The position numbers were made by a program, and so were the translations under genes. Shown one piece after another: positions 39,701 to 51,700 of a DNA stretch of 59,420 bases. A model generated the notes under the pieces. The model made no database searches. It was given only the letters and a program-made list of their open reading frames with translations, and was not told the origin of the DNA. Numbering within the stretch: position 1 is the stretch's first letter; each line of letters starts with the position of its first letter. The DNA comes from Phoronis australis (lineage: Eukaryota > Animalia > Phoronida), in contig NMRA01000688.1 in NCBI GenBank assembly GCA_002633005.1, positions 131,104 through 190,523 of the forward strand, written 5' to 3'.

Positions 39701-42700
39701 ATCGGCATTACATGCAGTGCCTCCAATTGGCAGTTTTACGGAACCTGATATTTGCTGCGGTAAAGCTGATATTTCTCCAAACATACATGTATATGTCCAG
39801 ACGCCGCATGTAATGCGCACCAACTTGTTTCACGTTACTGACTTTGAGGTAGTACTGCCTGCTGTTTGTCAGAGAACATTCAACATATAGAATTTTTTAT
39901 TGTTTAGGTATCAATTGTTACGAATAGTGTTAAAATTGTTGTATATTTTGTTTTCCAGACTGTCCTGGTGAACCGGCTGACATCGTTTTCGTTGTGGATG
40001 AATCCAACAGTATTTACATCAAAGATTTTGAAAAGCAACTGCTCTTTGTGAGGAATATGATAAGCGCTTTTACCATTGCTGCTGACAAAGTCAGAATTGG
40101 TCTGATTACGTGGAACACGGTGGCTCACACCAGATGGCGCCTGGACACATATTCGGAGAAATACAAATTACTTCAGCAAATATCAGGTGTCAGGCGAAAA
40201 CGTAGGTTATCACATTTACTGCGCTGTAAATTACAGATTCATCCAAGAGGTCATTCTAATGATGTCACTTGGTAACTCTAGTCAGTTGTTCTTAATATCA
40301 GAATAATGTGCAGTTTCTTGCCAGGTAAGTGAGATCACACGAATATCCGGGAGATATCGTCGCAAACGAAGCACTTGTTCACACTACCTTTAAATTCGAG
40401 GGTGTCTTGTGTCTTCAGAGTGGGCTACTTAATCTCGGTTGTGGCCCTAAATATATACACGGTAAAGCATTCACAATTCTAAACATTTATTCAATTTGCT
40501 CTTTGCAAAAGGAAACGTGTCAGCTGAATGATAATTTTCTTAGTTTTGTTGTACTGCGTGATTGATAGAAAGATCTATGGTTGCTGTTTGCACGAATAGT
40601 TGTGTTGCTGTTCTTTTTGTTTTGGTTGTTGTTGTTGACGTTGTTGTTGTTGTAACTGAACAAAAAAATTTTGCGATAATCAAAACTGTGTGGCTTTCAA
40701 CCAACAAACTGAGAAACTTCTTTGAAAGTTCTGCATCAAAAGCGGGAAAATTGTCCGTACTCACAATCATGGAAGCAGAGTATTTCGAATTTTTCTCCAA
40801 ATGCATCAAAATATGTAATATATTTCAGACGGTACTTCCACGAATACACATCTGGCCTTGGCGAAAGCACGTGAAATGCTTCGAGAACTGCAACGACCCA
40901 AGGTGCAACACTTGGTCATTTTGATGACAGATGGCGTTTCAGCCAAACCCGAGTTAACCGCAATGGAAGCTTTGCTGCTTCATAATGAGGACATAACAGT
41001 CTATGCCATAGGAATTGGTAGAGTGAGTGTAATGGGAACGAAAATCAGATGTCTTCTCTATCACGTTTTTTAATCCACACTTTTATTTACTCTGTGCACG
41101 CGTATTGAATGATGCGTTATAGTGCTGCTAAATAAGAGGCTGGTCCGTGGGGATGGATGGGCCAATTCATTTAGTGTGGACACGTTTTACTGTACAAGTT
41201 CATGGTTTTTAAAAAGTTGTTGAAGAATGTGATGTATTGGCCTTCACTTTCCTAAATGGAAGTTTTACACTTGTCCTTGTAAGCTCTGAACATGACACTA
41301 TCTTCAAAATAAGTTGTTCTTTTCAACCCTTTTTTTCTATTACCAACAGGATAAGATAAACATGCATGAAATCAATATGATAGCCAGTGACCCTGATTCG
41401 TCTCATGCGTATGTCGCCGATAACTTTGGTGAGCTAGGTGACAAGCTAAAGGATCAATTGCTGGCGTCCACGTGTCCGACTGTACCACCACCAGGTAAGG
41501 AACCAGTGTCCAGAGTCTAAGATCAAAAGCACATTTGCTTCTATAGTCCACGTTTCTATGAAAATCGAGTTGGTGTTGCGGTATTTTTAGGTGGTGGCTA
41601 TTTCTGACAAGAAAATCCAACCGAGACGAGCAAAAGTGATGTAGGATTTGTGTAGTTTTTTATTCAAGAGAGCTTGGTAAATCACGGCATTTCTAACTTG
41701 CTTACCTTTGCTTACGTGCTTTTGTATATATTTTCAACAACAAAAAGCATGACATCAAGTTGTCTGAAATTGTTCTGAGCAGGTGCTTTTAGTGTGTAGC
41801 GGCGTATAGGTCTAAAGTGAGTCGAGTAGGCCTATAAACCAGAACCACTGGCGGCTTTTTTGGCTTAATCTTTAATGGTATTCAAGATGTCTATTGAGCT
41901 GGAGCACACTTTGGTTTAATCAGATGACTGTCTAATCCTAGCTTGCACTTGATGACCCAGCATTAACGCTAATTAAGTTCGAGTGTAAAGTCGAGTTGTA
42001 TCTCCAATCTAGGGGTCATCATGTGCAAACTGGTACCAGACCCTCGTCAGCAAAAGCCAAATGTGGGTTGAATTTTCTCATTCAAAGATGGGATGTAATT
42101 GAACTTTAGAGCTGACAATCATTCTTATAGCATCATACATCACATGGTTATGCTATTTTTGTTTTGACATCACCTGTTATAAGCTACAGTATTTCCAATC
42201 GTTCATAAATGTTGCCTCTCGTGGGGGTATGTTGGCAATGTTGAGAAACAAATGTTCAGTGATACGTGTTATGTGCAATCCGAACCCGTTGTTGCCTTTT
42301 CCTGTTGGCAAAATCAACGCTCCCCCAAAATGAGGCTGACACTGGTTGTGGTTATGCAACGCGGTCTGCGTCTGACCAATGAGCCTCGCACTGAATATTT
42401 GAAAATTGTGTTTAGCCAACCTCAGGTACATATATTTAACGTGACGTCATATCATCACCATCATCATCAGCAGCAGCAACATCACCATTACCACCACCAC
42501 GATCATCACCATCATCATCACCATCGTCATCACCATCGTCATCATCATCATCACCATCGTCATCATCATCATCACCATCACCACCACCACTATCATCATC
42601 ATCATCACCATCACCATCGTCATCATCATCATCACCATCGTCATCATCATCATCACCATCGTCATCATCACCATCATCATCATCACCATCATCATAATAA

Positions 42701-45700
42701 TGATCACCATAACCATCATCGTCATTATCATTGCAAACCATCTCTCCGATTTGGCGTGTTTTATCACTTTTTACCAAGCTGCTAAATCTTTGGTTCTACA
42801 AATTAACTTAGACCTCGGCGATAGGACATCAATTTTTTAAAAATCAAAAGAACCCTTAATGTTCGCTCACACAGGTTGTCAAGACGATAAGGTCGACCTG
42901 GCGTTTGTCATGGGGTCAATTAACCAGAATCCTGACGGAGCCCGGAAGGCGATGGAATTGGTTAAAAACATTGTTAATTCCAAGAAGATAATTGTTGGAC
43001 TGAACGACGTTCAGGTGCGTGTGCGTGTGTTCCGTTATAACAGGAAGAGATCTTCCTGGTTATAAGGGACTTGTTTTACATAATCACAAGCTGCTCATTT
43101 ATTTGGAGATCAAATTTTTCATGCGGTCTAAATAGTGGGTTTCATGTCGTACTCGCACCAAAAAGAATATTGCAGTGTTTTCCGGTCAGTATCGTTTACA
43201 CGTCTCCAAGTTATGTACTATGTCACGGGATGTTAACGAGCTGACATCCGTCATACTGTGCATTTGAAAAACGACATCAATGCCGTTAAGTGAGTAAGTT
43301 TTGTCGTGGGCGAAATCTTCCTGAATGAACTGTACCTCAGCAGATGTGCCCCAACCCTCCACGGCCCATACCGTATACGTTGGGTAATAATCACTTACAG
43401 GGTTTCGTTTTTGACTTTGAGTGAGGTGGGCCAGGGCACAGGAATAACCAGAATTTCGCCTCATGCGCGCGCCCAGCCTTAAGTGTAGGGATGTAGCGGG
43501 TCTCGAATGTTTGGGTTTGTGGACCTTAGTACTAAAAACGGGGTTTGTTCAAGGCCTATGCATTGTGCATTCGCCTCCTCGAGCCCCCTGGGTGCGCGTA
43601 TATGCTAGTCGGCAATTCTCAAAGCGAACTGCCAAATGGAACCTGTTAATTTTAGAGGGGCATGTACCCCTTGCCCCCCGTAAATCCGCCACTGTGAACA
43701 GGCGGGCATACATTGCATATCATGTTACTCAGTGACCGACGCATCTTTTGCTACTTGTAAAATATAACCGGACTAACATTTTCTCGGCCACAACTTTGTC
43801 TACGGAAAATCGTGTTTTCTTCCGACATGGGTACACACTATGACAACCATTTCTTTTGATGATGCGTTTTCCTGCCGACACATTTTGTACTCGAGATAAC
43901 GTGTTTTCGGGGACAGTTTTGGTTGTAAGGCCAACTTTGTTGCCGAATTTCTACACAAGATTTCATGTTCTGATAAAAAATGTGTGACTGATCATCATTC
44001 TTAGAGCTGAGAAACACATACGTCACGTATTCATTCTATTGTATTATAGAAGCGTGACCTTTTTTCAGACAAACTGTAAGTGACTATTTACGTTTTGCCC
44101 AGGAGTATAAACCTCCTCATCATCTTAGAAATACAAAATGGTGAATCGTTAAAGCGGCTATGTAACCTACACTCCATCACAAAAATTTTTTGGGAAAAGT
44201 GGAAACTATACATTTTTGGAAACCTCATGGAATGACAAATCAGAAAATAATTGATTCCATTTTTGGCGGCCATCTTGGCGGTTATCTTGGATTTTTAAAA
44301 ATGGCGCCCGTAAAATACATTTTCCTCAGTATCTTTGCTCTTGGGTCACTTAGAATGTTAGTTTTAATGGCTGCACCCATATTTTTGTGGTCAAGAAATC
44401 TGAAAATGCAACTTATTAAATAAGAAACATAACCAAAACCCCATTTCTTAGCAGCCACATTTTCTAAATGCATTCTTCATGTAATCCAACACATGATCAC
44501 TATCTTACTGTATTGTATATTTTGTTCGGAGCTTTAGTTGTTTCCTTCAAGACACTTAAAACTAAAACAGTACCTGAACAACTTATTTACGTTTGAAAAA
44601 CACGAAAGCATGTTTTTGTAGTGTCAATAGTATTTCAAAACTTTAAAAGCAGTCCGGGCTACAGATCATTACTATAGCCATCACTGCCACCAGGAATCAC
44701 GTCATCATCACCATTCTGACATTCTGCACTATACTGACACTTGATCGGCAAGAGCATCTTTGGGAAGAGGAATTGTTTTTGCACTGGCATCTAACCATCT
44801 CAATGATAGCCTCTGGCGCTGGAAGTGTTTCAGCTGGTCATCTTTGTCCTTGTAAATTCATTCTGCAATGGGTCAAGGAACTTCTGTTGAGCAATGACTG
44901 CCTGGCCCCACACTCTGGCTTGAAAAAACACCCTCAGCACATGCTGTTTCAAAGCACCAATGGTTGGTGGACGTTTGTCGCTGTCAGCCATATGTTTACA
45001 GAAGAGGTACCATCTTAGCTCTGGAATCCTATTTGTATCTATACCCTGTGGTGAGTATGCACATGTAAAAGGGGCTAATGTGAAAAGAGGTTCACCTGTT
45101 ACTTCATAAGCAGTACAAAAAGTCTGCTGTGCATTGATATAATCGGTGTTTGCCTTCAAATATATATTCAATCTACAGAATGGACCAGTGTTGTTTGTCC
45201 ATGTAAAAGCATGGAAAGCAGGAAGAGCCTTTGCCCGGACAGCACCTAATATTGTCCATATTGCATTCACGTCCGCAATCCCAGATGCCTTGGTGACTGA
45301 CGTATTTCTGATAAGCCTGTCATAATAGGCAATGAAGAGTACCAGTAAATCCATGCCAGATGAAAAAAAAAACATCAGCTGAGAATCAGGGACCATTTGA
45401 TGTGATGCTAAAACTGCATGATGTACAGTGTATTAGCAATACATCTGCTTTTTCGTGGTCGTTTTCTTCTAAGCGTAGATCACATCGGTTGCTCTTTGTG
45501 CATTCTGAAGCTGAAGTAATGGCTATCATGACAGAGTCTTGATTACATTCTAGTGTCTTTGCAGACAAATATTCAGTAAGTTGAGCCTTTTTTGGTCATG
45601 GGAGAGGAAACGGCTCATTGAGATGTTCTTTATGTAAGTCTCATCTCTTATCTGGTGCTGTACTTGACCCTTTCTCTGCCTCCTTTTTTCTCTTGGGCTT

Positions 45701-48700
45701 GCTTCAAAGAGTTGTCTTTGTGGGTGTCAAATAACAGAATGATATCGTCATAATCTCTAGTTAAGACAATCACTTCCATACTATCCACACGTGTGGCTTG
45801 GGTGAACACACTCAATGGATGTTGTTTACATGTTTTCTGGATCTAAAACCTTTCTTGCAGCTTGATGACTGTCCTGTTCTAAGACGTCTGCTTCGGAAAG
45901 TTTCTGCAGAAGGTGGATTCGATTCGATTGGTCTGTGCATGACAGCATTGCCCCACTGGCAGCAAAGACTGCTCTTGGTGTTAGGGTAAATTCATAGTGG
46001 CTGATAGCATGTTTCTGGTCGATTTGTCCAGCAGGCTACAACAGTTGTTCTCGTCATTGATCCTCAGTCTGGTTACTGCCAACCTTATCTGTCAAAGGCA
46101 AAATGCATTTCCATTGAGTAGAGGAGAACTGGATTCCAAAGTGAACAGTGGAAATAATAACAAAATCTTCAAAAGATATGTCTCAAATGTTGAAAAAGAT
46201 ATGCATGTACACTCTAAATATGCATGTAGGTTAATCTGCGTTTTTGTGATTCCTTTAAATATTCTAGGGGTTCGTATCTGCTACTAAAATCCTTTAGATT
46301 ATATGTATCATTTTAGAAATAGTGTTTTTCAATTCCTTACCCCACAATATGTGGGTGCAGCCACTAAAACTAACATTCTAAGAGACCCAAGAAGAGAAAT
46401 ACTGAGCAAAATGTATTTTACGGGCGCCATTTGTGAAATTTCAAGATGGCCACCAAGATGGCCGCCATTATAATTAAAATTTCGAATTCTTTGACCTCAG
46501 AACTGCAGGTGTAGGATAAAAACTAACATTCTCAGTGACCCAAGGGCGGATATATTGGGCAAAATCCATTTTACCGGCGCCATTTTTGAAAATCCAAAAT
46601 GGCCGCCAAGATGGCTACCGAAAAAATGGAATCAATTATTTTCTCATTAGTCATTCCATGACGTTTCCAAAAATGTATAGTTTCTACTTTCCCCAAAAAT
46701 TCCAACGAATGTCAAAATTTAGACATAGTGAACCTGACTATATGAAATTGTTCTTAAATTGTCCTTTAATAGAGGTAATTTCTCGACTTAGATAGAACTG
46801 ACGACTCATTATTGCAGGAGGTCAAGTTTTACAAGTTATCTTGTCGCGGCGTGTCACTTTATACCTGGTCTTAAGAAGTTACGAACTGTCACTGTTTTCA
46901 AGTCTAGAAATTATTTTGCATTTGTGTGAAAAACAAGTTGAAACCAATTTTATAGCGGTAAGTTCGCTTCTTGGACTGAACGCGGCTTACATCAACATCA
47001 TCTTTTCACGCGAAGCTTAAGCCGTTACAATGCTCACTATGAAATTCAAGCTTCATGTTCAAAATAGATCCACGACCTAAAAACTTTTGTTCCGACCAGC
47101 ATTCGACACAATCGGTTCTTCGGATGACATTCATTTAACATTTGGATGGCGTGTTACAGTGTTACAATTCGCCCATAACTAAAGCATTTCTTTCACAACT
47201 CCGTCCTTCCCGTCATCACCGTATCTGAAGATCTGCCTTGTTCGTTCACATTCCATGCTCCCAACTACGTGACCAAAACGGATGGAGTCTAGGAATTTGA
47301 CATTGTCTTAGGTTGTATCGCTCTCTGTTAGTGTTATTTACGAATTGGTGATTAACTTATTTTATCACTTTGTTTTTCATTTCTTACGAGAAAGCAAAAT
47401 CCTAAAAATAAAAAGCACAGCCGTTCTCTTTCAAGTCACGTTTTATGAACATAATGAAATGCAAGAAAACGTTGTGTCAATGAATTCCTGTTTGTGTTTG
47501 CGTAAATTTAAAAATTTTAAAATTACTCTGGTCAATGATATCAGTTGTGAACGTAAATAACTGCAACGACGCAAATACGTGCTGATATGTCATCAAAAAT
47601 CCTTAAAATAATCGCTTTGGTATTTAAAAAATGCGACGGTTATTGGAAATTCACCCAACAAAGACAAAAATGGAGAACACAAATCCGATTGAGAGCTTTC
47701 GGAATTACGGTGGCTGTAAAAGAACGGCATGGCAACTCTTTTTTTCTCCACTGAAACTCTATCGATAGTCTTACTAACTCTATCGATAGACCGACTAACT
47801 TTATCGATAGATGTACTATCTCTATCGGTAGATTTGTTGATGTGTACTCATTTTATGGTTTAAAAGTTCGTTCTTACGGTGGCTGTATTCGGTGGCTGTA
47901 AGAGGACGGCAGGGCAATTTTTTTTCTTCGGAGAAAAAAGTTGCCGTGCCGTACCGTACGGAATAGGTGTCGGCTAATCATGTGGCTTATACAAAAAGGC
48001 TTATAAGTATTTAGTCAATCAGTACTCGCTGACTCTATTGCCTATTACATTGTAGCTCTCAGCTAATAGAAGGTCACGCGCGCATTTTTAACTTAATTGA
48101 TAATTACTTCAAATACCATTAATTAATAATTATTATGTAAGCAGAAACTCCCACATTTTTGACGTCCGGTAGATGTCGGTAAGCATGCAAGTATTAGGCT
48201 AGTTAGCTACAAGAATGTCAAACCTATTCGTTCATTCACACTTGTCAGTCTTTGAAATTCAAAAACACGTGTTGTGACAGTGCCAATACACAAACAGCAC
48301 TGAATTTTAGTATTAAATTCCAGGTCGCCATGGTACCAACTGTTTTGGGTTTCAGTGGTTTTAAATTAAACGAATACCACGACAAGCCATCGCTTCTTTT
48401 TCATTTAGAAAGAAGTGAAAAAGTACTTGAAACGACTGCTGATATTCTTGACGTCATGAGGTAAGAGACCTTATAGGAAATCGAACTTCATTAGGTGGCA
48501 TTAGTGTAACACAAGTTCGTCCACCTTCTTGAATATTTAATTTGTTAGAGTCAATGAGATAAATCAATTAACATATAGCTCATTGGGTGGAGTAAACAAA
48601 CCACGTATTTTCGGAAATTTCGGTAACAGCATATTTTAAAATTTTGGTGGATTGTTCTGAAATAGGTATGTAGTGAGGTTTGATGTAAAATTGTGTTTAT

Positions 48701-51700
48701 TTTCGCAATACATTATATTTTAAAATTGCGATTTCACTGAGCTAATTCTCATTTAATGAGATATTGAGTGACATTGTTGGTAACTAACTGAACTAAGCAG
48801 TATGAAGGACAGTTTTAGGTGCTCGAAATACGTAAGCACAAATGATTTGTTAATAATAACACCACGACATATAGTGTATTACAGAGGACGTGTTTAGTTC
48901 AAGAAACGCTACAACTAATGTTTGCTTAACAAAACTGCATAAAAATGTTTGTTGCATACGTTAATGTTTGATGAAGTATCTTGTTCGGCGTTGGTATTCA
49001 TGTCAACACCAACACACATAAATCAGTCATTCAATTTATTGCATTGAGTCAAACTGATTTTGTCATAGGTGAAAATTTGGTATTCACTGAGGGGTATTGA
49101 ATTATTCAGCTTGGTGTGGACAAAGTCAATCAACACAGTTTCACGAATGTATGCGAGCAAATGGAAGAATCTTGTCGGTCACGTGCGAGTTGAAATGATA
49201 CTTCATTATAGGGATCAAACTTATGTCGAAGAAAATGGAGCTAGGAAAGACGCTCGAAAGGTATCGGTCGTAATTCTCGACAAAGCCTCTCGTGACATGA
49301 ACGCGACGATAAGAGCTGCCAGAGGTGCAGTTGAGAAAGGCATTAAAGTGGTTTGTATAGGTGCGTATGGACGTCTCGAGACAATTTTCTGAAATCAAAA
49401 AAAAAAACAGCCACGAGTTGCTTTCATATCAAAGACAACCCAAGGCAAAAACACTGTCGTGAACTGAAGTGGCAAGACCACAGGTTTCATTGGTACCCGT
49501 TCTATCGAAGGTCGTAAGTCCGGTCGTAGCTGACATGGTCGACGTTCGTAAGCACGTTATTGCCGAAGGCAACACTACGATTCTCGTAAGAGCTGAACCT
49601 TTCTACTGGTTTAAACGTGATCGTAGTTCATATTCAAGTTCAAAACCACGTTCATGGAGCGTTAACAATTTGAAGATATTACCAGAGCTGTGTTACGACC
49701 GGACTTTTGTCAAGTTTGGTAAGAGGTGGTAATGTGGCCGATCGAAAATGATACAATAGGGACTCAACTATGTCACTTACAGTTTGCTTTGTTTATTCAC
49801 TGATATTACTTTAAATATCTCTGTATCTTTTTGTGACGTTTTCTAATGACTGAGCCCTTAGAGGCGTCGCATGAGTATGTCCCTATTTATTTTCAATACT
49901 GTTGAGAATTCAACGACGTGTAGTTCATTCCCGTTATGTAAGTTAAAACTAGACGTAGCATTCAAGAATGAAAAGCATAGGAAGGAACAATCAGTGTTTG
50001 CACTAAAACCAAAAAATAATGTGATAAATATTTAGGTAACATAGAACAAGTTCACATTGGGACTGTTTCATGCAACCGGCAACTGGGGCCGTAACTTAGA
50101 CGACTCATAAAGGTGGTTTAAAGTTAAACCTGGTTTTAACTGGACTTGGACCAGGTTTAAAGACAATCTGCATTTCATAAAGTGGTTTAACTTTTAGATC
50201 ATTGGTCTAGTAAAACGTGGTTTAACTCCACTTTAGACGTGGTGTAAATCAGTTTTCACTTCACCAACGAGGTCTATATTTTTTACTGAGACCCGTATTA
50301 AGATCTTAAACCAGGTTTAACTTTAGACTTGATCAGACAATAGATTATAGACAACAGCCATGTACTATAGTCTATGATCAGACCAAGGTTTTTAAACCTG
50401 TTTCTGTCAGACTTGTGTGATATAGGTGCAACTGAATGATGCCGCGAAATGCATTTGCCAGTTATAGACTGAAAATGGACTATTTTCAATATTCAGTTTT
50501 GCGACGACACAACATCAAACGTAGCAGGGGAGGATCCAGGATTTTTAAAGGGTGGGTGGTGGCGTCAAGGACTTTTTAAAAGGGGGAACAAGTCAACAAT
50601 TTGGAAATTATAGATTTGATATCACTAAAATCAAGGGAAAGAAGGAGGTCCGGACCCCGAGACCCCCTTAATTGGATCCGCATATACGTAGACCAGTACA
50701 TACTGGAGGGTATCCTGCGGATTCCTCAGAATACGACTGGTGAAGCAGGGCGCCATCGTCGTAAGCGCTACGGGTTTGACTTAAAACTGCATCTTCTGAT
50801 TCTTCCGAGTTCCACCTCCACTGGTCTCTGATCTAATGTTGTCGGGAAGGGGTCTTGCCGCCGCTCCCCCCCCCTTTGGCCGCGAAAAATAAACACTAAA
50901 ATGACACGGAAATAAATTAGGGCATTTATTGAGTTACATTTAATCGGGCACATTTACATTAATCTGTGTATGTGTGTTGGGCACAGACACTACATTTTTC
51001 TCATGAAAAACGCTTTTAGACCAGTTTCATAATTGGCAGCAATGATTCCATTGGTGTGTGCCATTGTGTACCCACGTGATCAAGGTTTCATTGAAGCACT
51101 TCAATAGTTTCTTTGTTGGGTTAATCCAGATCGACACAGTAGGGTGGCGTAGATACTTTAAACCTGGTTTTTCTAGACCCTCTCCCTGGTCTAACAAAAC
51201 CAGGCTTTCAGACTTTTAAACCACGTTGGTGAAATGCAAGTTAGGTCTAAAATTAGACCAGTGTAGCCGCGTCTGGCTACAAGAATAAGTTTTAAAATAT
51301 AACTTTATTCAGTGCGACATTGGCAAGCGATATAGTTACAGGCGATGAAAAAAGTGTCTGAACAAGCGTTAGTTGAAAGGTGAAACCGAACAAGCATTGA
51401 AAAGGCGAAAACCGAACAAGCGGTTATTTGCAGTAAAGAAAAACACACGGTCCGTCTGAGTACTCGGCAAGAAAGCGTAATTAATCAACAAGCACTCAGC
51501 TATATATGAGAGCGTCAAAAAGACTCGCGACAATGACTATATTACAGCTGAGGCCGAACAAATACTACTTCGCTAACAATACACAATTAACTGGAACCCG
51601 TACTATCTTTTCTACAACAGGGAACCATTATCATACACAAGCAACTGCCTAACTGCGACCCGTAACTATATATCCTGTGAACCGGGTACCGCGCAACATA

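Noticed and set aside
42252-42785. Poly-His ORF as a metal-binding exon of VWA gene B
   Set aside because: The intron is phase 1, and the nearby CAG read in phase 1 hits a stop at once. The His frame ends in a stop with no compatible donor, and gene A has no counterpart.
47755-47832. CRISPR-like array
   Set aside because: Eukaryotic context, and a 21-bp period with only ~7 variable bases and no true spacers.
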